Of a DNA stretch of 64,000 nt, positions 54,069 through 63,938 are shown piece after piece. Within the stretch, counting starts at the first letter, position 1. Each line of letters starts with the position of its first letter. Below the pieces are notes generated by a model, which was given only the letters and a program-made list of their open reading frames with translations, did not search any database and had not been told where the DNA came from. The DNA is from Candidatus Thorarchaeota archaeon (GTDB lineage: Archaea > Asgardarchaeota > Thorarchaeia > Thorarchaeales > Thorarchaeaceae): contig JAGSHN010000027.1 in the NCBI GenBank assembly GCA_029855935.1, positions 32,001-96,000 of the forward strand. The letters run 5' to 3'. The position numbers were made by a program, and so were the translations under genes.

Positions 54069-54938
54069 ATGTGCGAATGGTGTTACAAACACGGAGCAGG
54101 GAAAAAGTGGTATCTCAATTCCAGGAACTACCTCGTTGAGACAGCGCTTGAGGTCGGTGCTCACGAGTATATCTACGGGCTCTGGAAGAACTTCGAGAAG
54201 GTATACCTGAAGAGGGTCTTCGGAATCTCCACGAAGGGTCCGGGCTACAAGTTCCAGATACCGATAGTCGGGAGGGCCATCCACTGGTACATCAACTCGT
54301 GGTTCAGAAAGGAGAAACCACTCAAGGGGCGGAATCCGATGCGCGCTGAGGGCCACCCCGGACAGGTGGTCACTCTCGAGGACGCAAAGAAGATCCTCGA
54401 ACTGGCCCAGCCAATTCTGCGGGTCCACTGCGCCTGTCGATGGATGACCCGCGGTGTGAAGGACCAGTGCTGTCTGGCATTTGGCGCACTTGCAGAGATG
54501 GTGCCAAGGTTGCCGAGGTACATCCCCGAGACGGGTACCGAGCCGATGGACGTGGGAGAGGCCCAGCAGTTCGTAGAGAGTATGCAGGAAGCTGGCCGCG
54601 TGAGCACAGTCTGGTTCGGACCGATTCCCTACATCGCAGCCCTCTGTTCCTGTGAACTTCCAGAGTGCGCTGCAACACGAGTCAGAACAGCATACAACCT
54701 GATGTCATTGTACAAGGGCGAGTACGTGGCCAAGCTCAATCCGCAGAAGTGTGAGGGCTGCAGGACATGTGTTTCGCGATGCCAGTTCGGCGCAATCAGC
54801 TTCAATGACTCAGCGGGAATGCCCTACATCGACCAGTGGCAATGTTTTGGCTGCGGGCTGTGCGCGTACTCCTGTCCGAACGGAGCAATAGAGATGGTCG
54901 ACAGGACCAGTCTTCCCCCTCTCAGGGAGGTCTGGTGA
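54069..54938 (+). CDS. 4Fe-4S dicluster protein with additional N-terminal Cys motifs
   Basis: MCEWCYKHG; CAC; LCSC..PEC; CEGCRTCVSRCQF and CFGCGLCAYSCP. Confidence 0.85.
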   Translation: MCEWCYKHGAGKKWYLNSRNYLVETALEVGAHEYIYGLWKNFEKVYLKRVFGISTKGPGYKFQIPIVGRAIHWYINSWFRKEKPLKGRNPMRAEGHPGQVVTLEDAKKILELAQPILRVHCACRWMTRGVKDQCCLAFGALAEMVPRLPRYIPETGTEPMDVGEAQQFVESMQEAGRVSTVWFGPIPYIAALCSCELPECAATRVRTAYNLMSLYKGEYVAKLNPQKCEGCRTCVSRCQFGAISFNDSAGMPYIDQWQCFGCGLCAYSCPNGAIEMVDRTSLPPLREVW

Positions 54939-54939
54939 C

Positions 54940-55161
54940 TTGAAGACAGATGTGATAGTCGATTGGGAGAAGTGCGGCGACCCGCGTGAGTGCAAGAAGT
55001 GTATGCAGGTCTGCCCGCAGGCTCTGTTCATAATGTACTCTCCTGACTGGGAGAGCGATGATCCAGACGAGTGGCGTCTCGATGTGGCCTTCACCGACCT
55101 GTGCATTAGATGCAACGACTGTGTCGAGGTCTGCCCGCACGGTGCTATAACGATCAAGTGA
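54940..55161 (+). CDS. 2x[4Fe-4S] ferredoxin
   Basis: CGDPRECKKCMQVCP and CIRCNDCVEVCP. Confidence 0.9.
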   Translation: MKTDVIVDWEKCGDPRECKKCMQVCPQALFIMYSPDWESDDPDEWRLDVAFTDLCIRCNDCVEVCPHGAITIK

Positions 55162-55197
55162 AGGAACAGACAGACCACATATTCAGCCCCGACCGCA

Positions 55198-56322
55198 TCA
55201 GCGGAGCGCCCGGTCAACAAGCTCGACAACATCGCGTACGTCAAGGCGGTAGCCATCTGCTGTGTCACTAAGATTGCGCCTGCAGAAGGGGCAGGCAGAG
55301 GTCAGCACCTCGGCACCAGTCTCCGAGGCCTCCTCCAGACGCCGGCGGGCAGTCCAGAGCGCGAAGTCCGGAAAGACTGACTTGACGCCACCTCCTGCAC
55401 CGCAACACCACGCGTTGGCCCGGTTCCGTGACATCTCCATCGTCTCCACTCCAATAGTTTCGAGCGCCGCGCGTGGTGCTTCGTAGATACCAGCGTGTCG
55501 TCCGAGATGACAGGGATCATGATACGTCACCGTGAGGTCCATTCGCGTCAGGTGTTCCCTGGTCAGATGTTCGGCAAGAAATTCTGTGATGTGCAGCACC
55601 TCGACACCAGTCGATAGGCCGAGCGACTCGTAGTCGTCCCTCAATGTCCTGAGACAGCCCGCGCAGGACGTGACCACCACTCTCGCGCCTGAGTTGGCAA
55701 TCTCCCTGACGTTGTGAGCAGCCACCTGTACCGCAAGGCCAGCCTGTCCGGTCCGGAGTAGGGGTGAGCCGCAACAGTACTCGTCAATGACGGTGAAGTC
55801 GACTCCAAGCCGGCTGAGAATGTGCAGCGTGGCATCACGTATCTCATTCTCGCGGTACATTGAGGTGCATCCCACGAAGTAGACGACCGGCGCTGTCCGT
55901 GGGAGATCGAGTTTGGTGGCAATGCGCCGCCCGTGATGTGCAGCACCGTACGGGTTGTGCACACTCTGTATCTTCTCGGCAAATGCCCTATGGTGAGGCA
56001 GTGCGCCCAATCGTTCCACGGCCTGTGCTCTGAGCTCCTCGATCATCTCCACTATGTGATCGCGGTGCGGTGCAAGGCACTGTACCTCACAGCTACCGCA
56101 CGTCGTGCAGGCGAATATCGGCCTAAGGAGAGTCTCGTCCCACTCCAGGTCTCCAGTCGCTATCCCTCGAGCAATCCCAATGCGCCCGGAGGCGTAGTAG
56201 GTCTCGAATCCGAAGTACTCACCGGAGGGACAAGAGGGACGATAGTCGCGAAACAGATACTTGCACGTCCCACAACGGATGCAGTTGTGGAGGTATCTCT
56301 CAATGGCGCCCACCGAGGTCAC
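55198..56322 (-). CDS. (Fe-S)-binding GlcF/HdrD-like protein with two CCG domains
   Basis: CIRCGTC, CTTCGSCEVQC, YFVGC, CCG, SCAGC, YHDPCHLGR, CCGAGGG, SACPFC; GTGA overlap start at 56322. Confidence 0.9.
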   Translation of the reverse strand: MTSVGAIERYLHNCIRCGTCKYLFRDYRPSCPSGEYFGFETYYASGRIGIARGIATGDLEWDETLLRPIFACTTCGSCEVQCLAPHRDHIVEMIEELRAQAVERLGALPHHRAFAEKIQSVHNPYGAAHHGRRIATKLDLPRTAPVVYFVGCTSMYRENEIRDATLHILSRLGVDFTVIDEYCCGSPLLRTGQAGLAVQVAAHNVREIANSGARVVVTSCAGCLRTLRDDYESLGLSTGVEVLHITEFLAEHLTREHLTRMDLTVTYHDPCHLGRHAGIYEAPRAALETIGVETMEMSRNRANAWCCGAGGGVKSVFPDFALWTARRRLEEASETGAEVLTSACPFCRRNLSDTADGYRLDVRDVVELVDRALR

Positions 56323-57743
56323 AGCGAGTACCTCCCCGGATTCAATATCCCGTTGGGGTCGAGGAATTCCCGAATTCGTCTCAGGAGCTGGACAAAGCCG
56401 CTGTCGCACCTCTCCAGCAGCCTTCTCGCCGCCCACACTGGCGTCTTGTACGGGATGGCACCGAGCGCTAGAAGGACATCGAGAAGCTCCGAGTTGCACT
56501 GACGCACACGCTCAATGGTCTCCGGGTCCTTCGGAAAACGGACTATGAACTTGAGCTCCCCATAGTGCATTCCGTTCATCGGCTTGAGAAATGCCATCAA
56601 CTCAAACCCGTATCTCTCGACGACCTCACGCCCCCTCTTGAGAGCAGTGGCCCATCTCGCAGGATGAACGTAGGTCCCGACCCAAGTGAGCCCGTCGTAC
56701 TCTGCGAGAATCTTGAACGCGTCTGAGGGAAAGTCCACCCAGCTGTTAGCGTCTCTGCCCATCAGCACAGTTATGGCATCCCAATCGATGAGGTTCACAC
56801 GTCGGTCGCGGCTGCGTTCCCGAGCAACAGCCTGCGCGACTGCTTGGTACTTCCCCTCAACCTCCAGCTCGTTCTGTCCCGACACGGTCAGCAGCGTCGC
56901 GTACTGTGGCTCATCGGGATAGATGTCCACTGGCGGCTCAGCACCAAGCAGCATCTTGACCAGTGACACAGACATGCAGTCCGCATCGTCCAAGACCTGG
57001 GTCCGTACGATCCTCCGAAGCAGACCCACTGTCTGTTCCTCATCAGTTGTGAACAGTGCGGCGTACCGGACATACGGTTGCTTGGGCCAGAGCTGGACAG
57101 CCATCTTTGTGACGATGCCCGTCATCCCCTGCCAGCCGCTGAACAGACCCACGAGATCGGGGAGAGGATAGCGACCGAACCAGTTGTCTTCCCCGAGAAT
57201 TCCGGAGCCCACACGTACAATCTCCCCGGTTGGAAGGACCACCTCGAAACCGTTGATGAAGTTCTCCATCGCACCGCGACGGGTTGAGAGATCGCACAGG
57301 CCCTGCAGGAGCGCATTGGCCACGATTGATGTGAAGGGGGGAGCGAGGGGATAGGTGTATCGGAGTCCCGGACTATGACGGCCAAGATACCTCTTCATGT
57401 GGCCGAATGTGACGCCCGGCTCGATCAATGCGTACATCGCGTCCTCGTCCACCGTCAGAATCCGATTCATCCGCCTCAGGTCCACAATGACAGCACCATC
57501 GACCTGAGGAATGGTCAGGCCACCTACGTTCTGTCCCGTGACAAACGGGACAAGGGGTGTCCTCCGCTCATTCGCCAGACGGACGATGGCCTGCACCTCC
57601 TCGACAGTCGCGGGCATCACAACAGCCACTGGACGCCTTGGCTCGTTCTCAGTCATATCATAAGAATAGATATAGCGTTCACCTTCCCCGTCGGCGACAT
57701 TGCTCTCACCCACAATCTCAGACAGCTCTCTTGTCAGACTCGT
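56319..57743 (-). CDS. FAD-linked oxidase (VAO/PCMH/GlcD superfamily)
   Basis: P.AVVMP..VEEVQ, DLRRMNRI, IEPGVT, EVVLPTGE, GMTGIVTK, DPNGILNPG. The family-like N-terminus extends to about 57743 (ACG); the first canonical start is GTG 57713. Confidence 0.88.
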   Translation of the reverse strand, partial: TSLTRELSEIVGESNVADGEGERYIYSYDMTENEPRRPVAVVMPATVEEVQAIVRLANERRTPLVPFVTGQNVGGLTIPQVDGAVIVDLRRMNRILTVDEDAMYALIEPGVTFGHMKRYLGRHSPGLRYTYPLAPPFTSIVANALLQGLCDLSTRRGAMENFINGFEVVLPTGEIVRVGSGILGEDNWFGRYPLPDLVGLFSGWQGMTGIVTKMAVQLWPKQPYVRYAALFTTDEEQTVGLLRRIVRTQVLDDADCMSVSLVKMLLGAEPPVDIYPDEPQYATLLTVSGQNELEVEGKYQAVAQAVARERSRDRRVNLIDWDAITVLMGRDANSWVDFPSDAFKILAEYDGLTWVGTYVHPARWATALKRGREVVERYGFELMAFLKPMNGMHYGELKFIVRFPKDPETIERVRQCNSELLDVLLALGAIPYKTPVWAARRLLERCDSGFVQLLRRIREFLDPNGILNPGRYSL

Positions 57744-57744
57744 C

Positions 57745-58128
57745 TCAGGCCCCTCCTCTCTCCGTTCGTCGGCCTGTCACGGCCGAGAGTAACAGTCTCA
57801 GGAATCTGGCGGCGGCAAGCGGATGGCGATACATACCCTTGACCCGAAGCAGCCCGTGAAGGTATGCCGTCAACGGCGACAGACTTGAACGGGCAATCGC
57901 TGCGACCGTGTCGAGCGTTGTGAGCACCGTCAACGTGGGTCGCTCAGCCGCACCTCTCTCAATCGTCAGTCCCTCATCGAATCTCAGCGTCACCGGATGA
58001 TACTCTGTCTCCAGAACAACGGTCATCCGCCAATGCCGGACGGACGCGCCGAGCACCGACTCGTCCAGCCGCGAAGACAGCATCCTGTGCAGGATGATGC
58101 CGAGCAGGTCCCGAGGGGTTCCCGTCAT
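57745..58128 (-). CDS. SCP2 (sterol carrier protein 2)-like domain protein
   Basis: G....PTLTV...LDT.......LSPLTAYL.GLLRVKG fits the SCP2 C-terminal pattern. Confidence 0.7.
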   Translation of the reverse strand: MTGTPRDLLGIILHRMLSSRLDESVLGASVRHWRMTVVLETEYHPVTLRFDEGLTIERGAAERPTLTVLTTLDTVAAIARSSLSPLTAYLHGLLRVKGMYRHPLAAARFLRLLLSAVTGRRTERGGA

Positions 58129-58278
58129 CCTACGAACCTCAAAGTGGTCGTCCCGTCACGCAGTCACTCGGTTGGTGGCTGCCCCATACCGACTTCTAGC
58201 ATCATAGCGGATATACTAATCCTGCGATTCTCTGTCAGCATTGCTCAGGCCGACTTGGTTGCTCCGCGGAACGCCGCA

Positions 58279-59475
58279 CTATTTGACCTTCTCAGCGAAC
58301 TGCTGGCCATATTCATAGGCGGCCCTCAACTCGTCCTCGGATGGCACCCACTTGACGGTGAGGGGCTCCATCACGATCTCCATCTTTCCTCGTGTCATTG
58401 ACTCCTGTATTCGCCTCACCGCACCGCCGCCCCACCCATAGGATCCGAAGGCCGCTGCCTTCTTGCCGACAGGCTTCAGGACCTCAAGGTCGGACAGTAT
58501 TGGTGCAACTGTCGGCAGGATGTCGTTGTGGACGGTCGAACTCCCAACGAGGATACCTCGGGCCTCCAACAGGTCGGCCATTATGTCACTGCGATCGCTG
58601 TGCGGGATAAGACGCATCAGCGGGGTCAGGCCAGCATCTCTTACGCCCTCGGCAATGGCACGGGCAAGCTTCGTCGTGCTGCCCCACATGGTGTCCCACA
58701 CAATCAGTACTTTGTCCTGTAATCTCTCGCCCTTCGCCCAGCTGAGATAGCGCTTGACAATCTCAAGCGGGTCCTTCCTCCAGATGAGGCCGTGCGAGGG
58801 GGCAATCATCCGTATGGGGAGCCCGAGCTTCAGCACCTCCTCAATCTTTCGTTGCACCTGCCGGCTGAGAGGCCACAATATGTTGGCGTAGTACTTCTCG
58901 GCCTCGTGCCACAGCACCGTCTGGTCAACCTCGTCGGCGAATCTATGCTCCGTGGCGTAGTGTTGTCCAAAGGCATCGTTGGGAAGGAGAATCTCCTCTT
59001 CGACGTAGTACGTGAACATCGACTCTGGCCAGTGCAGCATCGGTGCCTCGTAGAACCGCAACGTCTTTCCACCGAGATCCAGCTCGTCGCCAGTGGCCAC
59101 GGTCTGAATGTCCCATCCGTCCGGATAGTGCTTCTGAAGGACATCTACCGCACGCTTGGTGCATAGCAGCTCAGCATTGCCAAGCCTGCGCATCACCTCG
59201 GGAAGAGCTCCGGAGTGATCCATCTCGGCATGGTTGGATATGACGTAGTCGATGTCGGAGGGTGGCATCACTCTGGAGATCCTTGCAAACATCTCCTCGG
59301 CAAACGGGCCATAGACCGCATCCACCAGAGCGGTCTTGTCCCCGACAATCAGGTACGCATTGTATGTTGTCCCGTGATGAGTCGAGTAGCTGAATCCGTG
59401 GAATGTCCTGATGCTGTAGTCTATTGCACCTACCCAGTACACGTCGTCTGCGATCTTGATTGGTTCCATATTCAT
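58279..59475 (-). CDS. fprA: Flavodiiron protein (FprA, A-type flavoprotein)
   Basis: VYWVG, GTTYNAY, NHAEMDHSG, LHWP, DAFGQH, PSHG, DTMWGST, FGSYGWGG. Confidence 0.93.
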   Translation of the reverse strand: MNMEPIKIADDVYWVGAIDYSIRTFHGFSYSTHHGTTYNAYLIVGDKTALVDAVYGPFAEEMFARISRVMPPSDIDYVISNHAEMDHSGALPEVMRRLGNAELLCTKRAVDVLQKHYPDGWDIQTVATGDELDLGGKTLRFYEAPMLHWPESMFTYYVEEEILLPNDAFGQHYATEHRFADEVDQTVLWHEAEKYYANILWPLSRQVQRKIEEVLKLGLPIRMIAPSHGLIWRKDPLEIVKRYLSWAKGERLQDKVLIVWDTMWGSTTKLARAIAEGVRDAGLTPLMRLIPHSDRSDIMADLLEARGILVGSSTVHNDILPTVAPILSDLEVLKPVGKKAAAFGSYGWGGGAVRRIQESMTRGKMEIVMEPLTVKWVPSEDELRAAYEYGQQFAEKVK

Positions 59476-59581
59476 ATCCTGATGCCACACTTAGAGATAA
59501 CATCTGCGTTTGGCACACAGTCATGGCGCTCAGCGTGACTGTTATAGCGGGGCAGCAGACAACATAGTCCTCGGCACGAAG

Positions 59582-62014
59582 ATGACCCGTTCTGAGCGAT
59601 ACTCGGCCTGCGCACTAAACTGTCCCGACATCTGCGCGTATATCGTCACGGTCGAGGAGGGGCGTGTGACCAGAGTGAGGGGTGACCCCAATCATCCCTA
59701 CACGCTTGGACGCTGTTGTCCAAAGGGATATTCGCACGTGCTGAGGACATATCACGAGGACAGACTGAGATATCCAATGCGTCGGGTGGGCCCGGGAGAG
59801 TTCGTCAGGATAACTTGGGAGGAGGCACTCGACGAGATAGCAGAAAGGATAGTCGACGCACGAGATAGGTTCGGCGCCCGGTCTGTCGGCATATACTCCG
59901 GCTCCGGCAACGACGGAATGCCTCCGAGGTTCGCAGCACGGTTTGCCAACGCCTTCGGCTGCCGGATGATACCGGGAATCTTTGAGATATGCTTCGAGGG
60001 GGCATACGAGGGGGCAAGGTTCAACGTTGGACCGTTTCCACCCCACGAGCTGAGTGACTGGGCGAACTCACGCTGCATAGTCATCTGGGGCACGAACAAG
60101 TTCGAGTCTAGCCTTCACACAAGGAGAGTCATCCAAGAGGCCATTGACAGGGGTGCCAAGCTGATAGTCATCGACCCACGTCGGACACCCCACGGCAAGA
60201 TGGCGGACATCTACACGACGATAAGACCCGGAACAGATGGCGCCCTCGCACTCGGCATCGCACGGGAGATCATCAGACGTGACCTATACGACCACGGCTT
60301 CGTGGAGAGATACGTCCTCGGATTCGACGAGTACCGGAAACGGGTGGAGGAGTACGACAAGAAGAGAGTCTCGGAGATCACTTGGGTGTCGCCGGACACC
60401 ATCGAAGAGATAGCCGTGACCTTTGCCACTCACGGGCCTGCACTCATCATGACGGCTCCTGCCGGGATGAATCACTATACGAACGGTACTTGGGCTGCAA
60501 GGGCGGTCCACAGTCTTCTTGCGATATGCGGCTACCTCGGAGTCTCGGGCGGCGGTTTCCAATACCTCTCCTCTGACTGTTCGCCGTTCAACAACTCGGC
60601 ACTGACGCTCGACCACCTCCTCCCGCCAGACGTGCGTCCTATTGTGCCATCAGCCACCTATCTTCCAGACCTCATCCTGTCGCAGGACGAGAGTCCCGTG
60701 AGAGTGCTGATCATTCAGGCCGCCAGCCCTGTCACGCAGTGGCCCAATACTTCAAAGACAATACAAGCCCTGTCGCGAATTCCATTCAAGGTGTGTATCG
60801 ACCTTGAGATGACGGACACGGCCCGCCTATGTGACATAGTCCTGCCGGCGACCTTCATCTTCGAGCATCACAACCTTGTTCACAGCGAGCTGCACAGAAT
60901 TGTGCAGTACGCGCCCAAGCTGATTGAGCCTGTCGGAGAAGCCAGAACAGAACTCGACATCTGGAGAGGGATAGCAGAGAGAGTGGGCCTTGGAGAGTTC
61001 TTTCAGCTGACCGAGCTCGATGCTATTCGAATCCTCCTAGACAGCGAGGAGTGCCGACACATTACACTTGAGACGCTGATTGAGCATCCCGAGGGGATTC
61101 GCACCCGTGCAGTGTCCATTCCATTCGTGGATAGGAGGTTCAACACCGCGTCTGGAATGGTGGAGCTGTACTCGCCCCAACTTGAGAGGATGGGGCTCGA
61201 CCCGCTCCCATTCTATGAGGAGCCAGCCGAGAGTCCCCTGTCTACGCCTGATGTGTACCGTGAGTTCCCGTTGATAATGATCACAGGTCGCCTCAGAGAA
61301 CGACTCCACTCTCAATACACGACTGTTGAGACTGGTGCCACTGTCACCAACTATGCACACTGCACGACTTGCCAGAAGTGTGTCAAGGAATGCCCAGACG
61401 AGGCCATCAGTCTTCGAGAGCCCACAATTGCAGACATGCTGAGACAGACAGCAGGGGGAGATGAGCAGGAGGACGAGCCAGAACGGGACCGTGACAAGAG
61501 GGATGACCGGGTACCTCTCAATCGGGCCGAACTGGTGAGAACTGTGGCAAGACTGGCTGTCACAGCCTCCAAGGAGACGGTGCGCGTTCCTGCAGAGGTC
61601 ACAAGTCTCCTGGTTCCGCAGTGGGACCCGACGAAATGTATCGGGTGTAGAGACTGCGAGCTGGACATCTGCCCCTTTGGTGTGGTCAACACACCAATCA
61701 GAATGCCCAGCAAGTATAGGTCGAGCCAGAGGGCCTTTCTCAGGATGCACCCAGACACAGCAAGATCACTCGGACTGACGGAGGGACAGCTGGTCGATAT
61801 CGAGTCGAGAAGAGGACGTGTAGAGGGGGTGGTCCTTCATCTCACAGAGGACATTGATCCGCGAGTCGTCTGGGCCTCTGACGGCTGGTGGATGAGGGAC
61901 GGCAACATGAACATGCTCACGGAGGACAGACACACTGCCTTCGGTCACACGCCGGGGTTTAACTCTGTGCTGGTGCGGGTCGTGCCATCGAGACGGAGTG
62001 GCGCTCCTGCATAG
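59582..62014 (+). CDS. Molybdopterin (bis-MGD) oxidoreductase, MopB superfamily, with an internal ferredoxin insertion
   Basis: CALNCPDIC...CPKG, DRLRYP, WEEALD, IRPGTDGAL, DIVLPA, LIMITGR...HS, MHPDTA..LG. Confidence 0.9.
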   Translation: MTRSERYSACALNCPDICAYIVTVEEGRVTRVRGDPNHPYTLGRCCPKGYSHVLRTYHEDRLRYPMRRVGPGEFVRITWEEALDEIAERIVDARDRFGARSVGIYSGSGNDGMPPRFAARFANAFGCRMIPGIFEICFEGAYEGARFNVGPFPPHELSDWANSRCIVIWGTNKFESSLHTRRVIQEAIDRGAKLIVIDPRRTPHGKMADIYTTIRPGTDGALALGIAREIIRRDLYDHGFVERYVLGFDEYRKRVEEYDKKRVSEITWVSPDTIEEIAVTFATHGPALIMTAPAGMNHYTNGTWAARAVHSLLAICGYLGVSGGGFQYLSSDCSPFNNSALTLDHLLPPDVRPIVPSATYLPDLILSQDESPVRVLIIQAASPVTQWPNTSKTIQALSRIPFKVCIDLEMTDTARLCDIVLPATFIFEHHNLVHSELHRIVQYAPKLIEPVGEARTELDIWRGIAERVGLGEFFQLTELDAIRILLDSEECRHITLETLIEHPEGIRTRAVSIPFVDRRFNTASGMVELYSPQLERMGLDPLPFYEEPAESPLSTPDVYREFPLIMITGRLRERLHSQYTTVETGATVTNYAHCTTCQKCVKECPDEAISLREPTIADMLRQTAGGDEQEDEPERDRDKRDDRVPLNRAELVRTVARLAVTASKETVRVPAEVTSLLVPQWDPTKCIGCRDCELDICPFGVVNTPIRMPSKYRSSQRAFLRMHPDTARSLGLTEGQLVDIESRRGRVEGVVLHLTEDIDPRVVWASDGWWMRDGNMNMLTEDRHTAFGHTPGFNSVLVRVVPSRRSGAPA

Positions 62015-62051
62015 AGACGGGTGACTCAGCAGGGCGCCCGGACTGCTCTAC

Positions 62052-63938
62052 CTATCCTCGGCCCTCAAGGTCGAACGGAGACACGACATCGCCCATCTCT
62101 GCACGAAGCGCGTTCAGTCTGTCTCTCTGTGCCTGAATCTCCTCGAAGAGCACAGCAGGTATCCTCGGACGCACTCGGTAGAAGGCCTCAGCCCTCTCAA
62201 GCTTGGCCAAGAGCTTGGGGATGCGGATCTGGAACTGCTGCTCGTAGTCCTCTCGTGCATAGCTCCTTGAGAGGGTGGAACGAAACAGCTCGCGCAGGTC
62301 CTCATACACAGGTATGAGACCAATCGGTGTCCGTATTGCGGACAGCTCGCTGTGGGCCCGACGCTCAATCCACTTCAGCCAGACACGCTTGTCGTGCTTG
62401 GAGTTGAGATACTCCCCGTCCGGACCGCGCAGAAAGTAGTTCACACCGAAGATCTTGGGCGGGGATGTCAGTCCGTCGACAAACTCAAGGTGATTCTGGA
62501 TGTACTTGCCGAGGAAGATGGAGATGAAGTCGAGGTTCGAGAACGGCTGCATCCTGAGGACTCCCTCCGCTCCAAGTGTGGCTGCGGTCGTCTCGGACTC
62601 CAGGATGGCGCCAATAGTGATGACACCGTGCCGCCAGTGAAAGGACTCCCAGACTGGTACCGATGTGTCAGGGTCACGTCCGCCGTAGATGATACCTCCG
62701 AGCGGCACTCCCGAGGGGTCCTCAAGAGCATCGTCGACATTTCCAAGGTAAGACAGCCTGATCGTGTATCTGGCATTCCGATGTGCTGCAGGTACCTCAC
62801 GCCCATCCGGGCCAGTCAGACCCGGATGCCACTCGCCAGCATAGTTGACTCCTCGTGCGGGATGCTTCCGCCCATCCCCCAGCCAGTACGGGACCCCATC
62901 ACAGACAAGAACGTTCGAGAATATCACCTCTCCCGGGCTTGTGAGACACCTGAAGATGAGAGGGTCGTCTTGGGCGTTGACGCCACGGATGATGCCGAAT
63001 ATGCCGCGCTCGACATTTGCAGTCCTGACCTCATCGCCAAACCTCTTGATGTAGGCCAGGTCATCTCCGACAATCTTCTCCCCCTGCACCATCGCGGTAC
63101 TGGTCTTTCCACAGCCAGATGGGTACGCCCCTGTCAGGTAGGTCTTACGCCCGCCCGGGCCGTGGACACCCATTATGAACATGTGCTCGGCGAGCCAGCC
63201 CTCCTCATCGGCACGGCGAATGGCGAGCCTGAAGGCGAGCTTCTTCAGCCCCACGGTATTGCCCGCATACGTGGTGTTCACGCTATAGACGAGGTTGTCT
63301 GTATAGTCGATGTAGATCCTTCGCTTGTCGATGTCAACTGGCAGATTATTGACGACCCGTCCGGCCGAGTGGAGAACCTTGAAGCAGCGTGACGCAGTCT
63401 CTACCCGCGTGAACTTCTCGTAGGCGGGACGGTAGAGGAGGTCAAGACTGTGTGCGACGTAGTAGGAATCCGTCACCTGAATGGTGAGGATTGAGAAAGG
63501 AGAGTCAACAGGTGCCAGAGAGAAGAACCGGACAATCATGTCCTTTCCGCGCATGCTCCCTTGTAGGTACCCTCTGACTTCTGCAAGACCCTCGTCCCGG
63601 TCCATCTGATTGAGATAAGGATCGAGCTCATCATCGCTGGGCACGAGGTATTTCGTGTTTTCAATGTCACGCGCCTGGTCGAAGTAGCCATCAAAGTGGA
63701 CAGTGTGGCCCTTGATCTTGAGCGGAATCTCTTCACCACGCTCTATCGCCCGTCTTCGAACCAGATCGATATCTCCGGGATCATCTGTCACGACAAAGAC
63801 TGTGGCTGGCTCACAGAGTTCCACAGCATCAAGGAGGAAGGCGTGAACATCAGGACATCGAATTCGAGATATCCTCCGAAAGGCCTCTGGATCTACCGTA
63901 GACCGCAATTTCTCAAGGTGACCGCTCATCGCTACCAC
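62052..63938 (-). CDS. pckG: Phosphoenolpyruvate carboxykinase (GTP)
   Basis: DQAR, YAGN, WLAEHM, AYPSGCGKTS, VGDDLA, NARY, IYGGRD, VNYF; alternative start ATG 63929. Confidence 0.95.
   Translation of the reverse strand: MVAMSGHLEKLRSTVDPEAFRRISRIRCPDVHAFLLDAVELCEPATVFVVTDDPGDIDLVRRRAIERGEEIPLKIKGHTVHFDGYFDQARDIENTKYLVPSDDELDPYLNQMDRDEGLAEVRGYLQGSMRGKDMIVRFFSLAPVDSPFSILTIQVTDSYYVAHSLDLLYRPAYEKFTRVETASRCFKVLHSAGRVVNNLPVDIDKRRIYIDYTDNLVYSVNTTYAGNTVGLKKLAFRLAIRRADEEGWLAEHMFIMGVHGPGGRKTYLTGAYPSGCGKTSTAMVQGEKIVGDDLAYIKRFGDEVRTANVERGIFGIIRGVNAQDDPLIFRCLTSPGEVIFSNVLVCDGVPYWLGDGRKHPARGVNYAGEWHPGLTGPDGREVPAAHRNARYTIRLSYLGNVDDALEDPSGVPLGGIIYGGRDPDTSVPVWESFHWRHGVITIGAILESETTAATLGAEGVLRMQPFSNLDFISIFLGKYIQNHLEFVDGLTSPPKIFGVNYFLRGPDGEYLNSKHDKRVWLKWIERRAHSELSAIRTPIGLIPVYEDLRELFRSTLSRSYAREDYEQQFQIRIPKLLAKLERAEAFYRVRPRIPAVLFEEIQAQRDRLNALRAEMGDVVSPFDLEGRG

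Noticed and set aside
59582-62014. Possible selenocysteine-containing formate dehydrogenase
   Set aside because: The ORF is uninterrupted, and the ligand region has Cys (EICFEG) without the FDH C/U-H motif.
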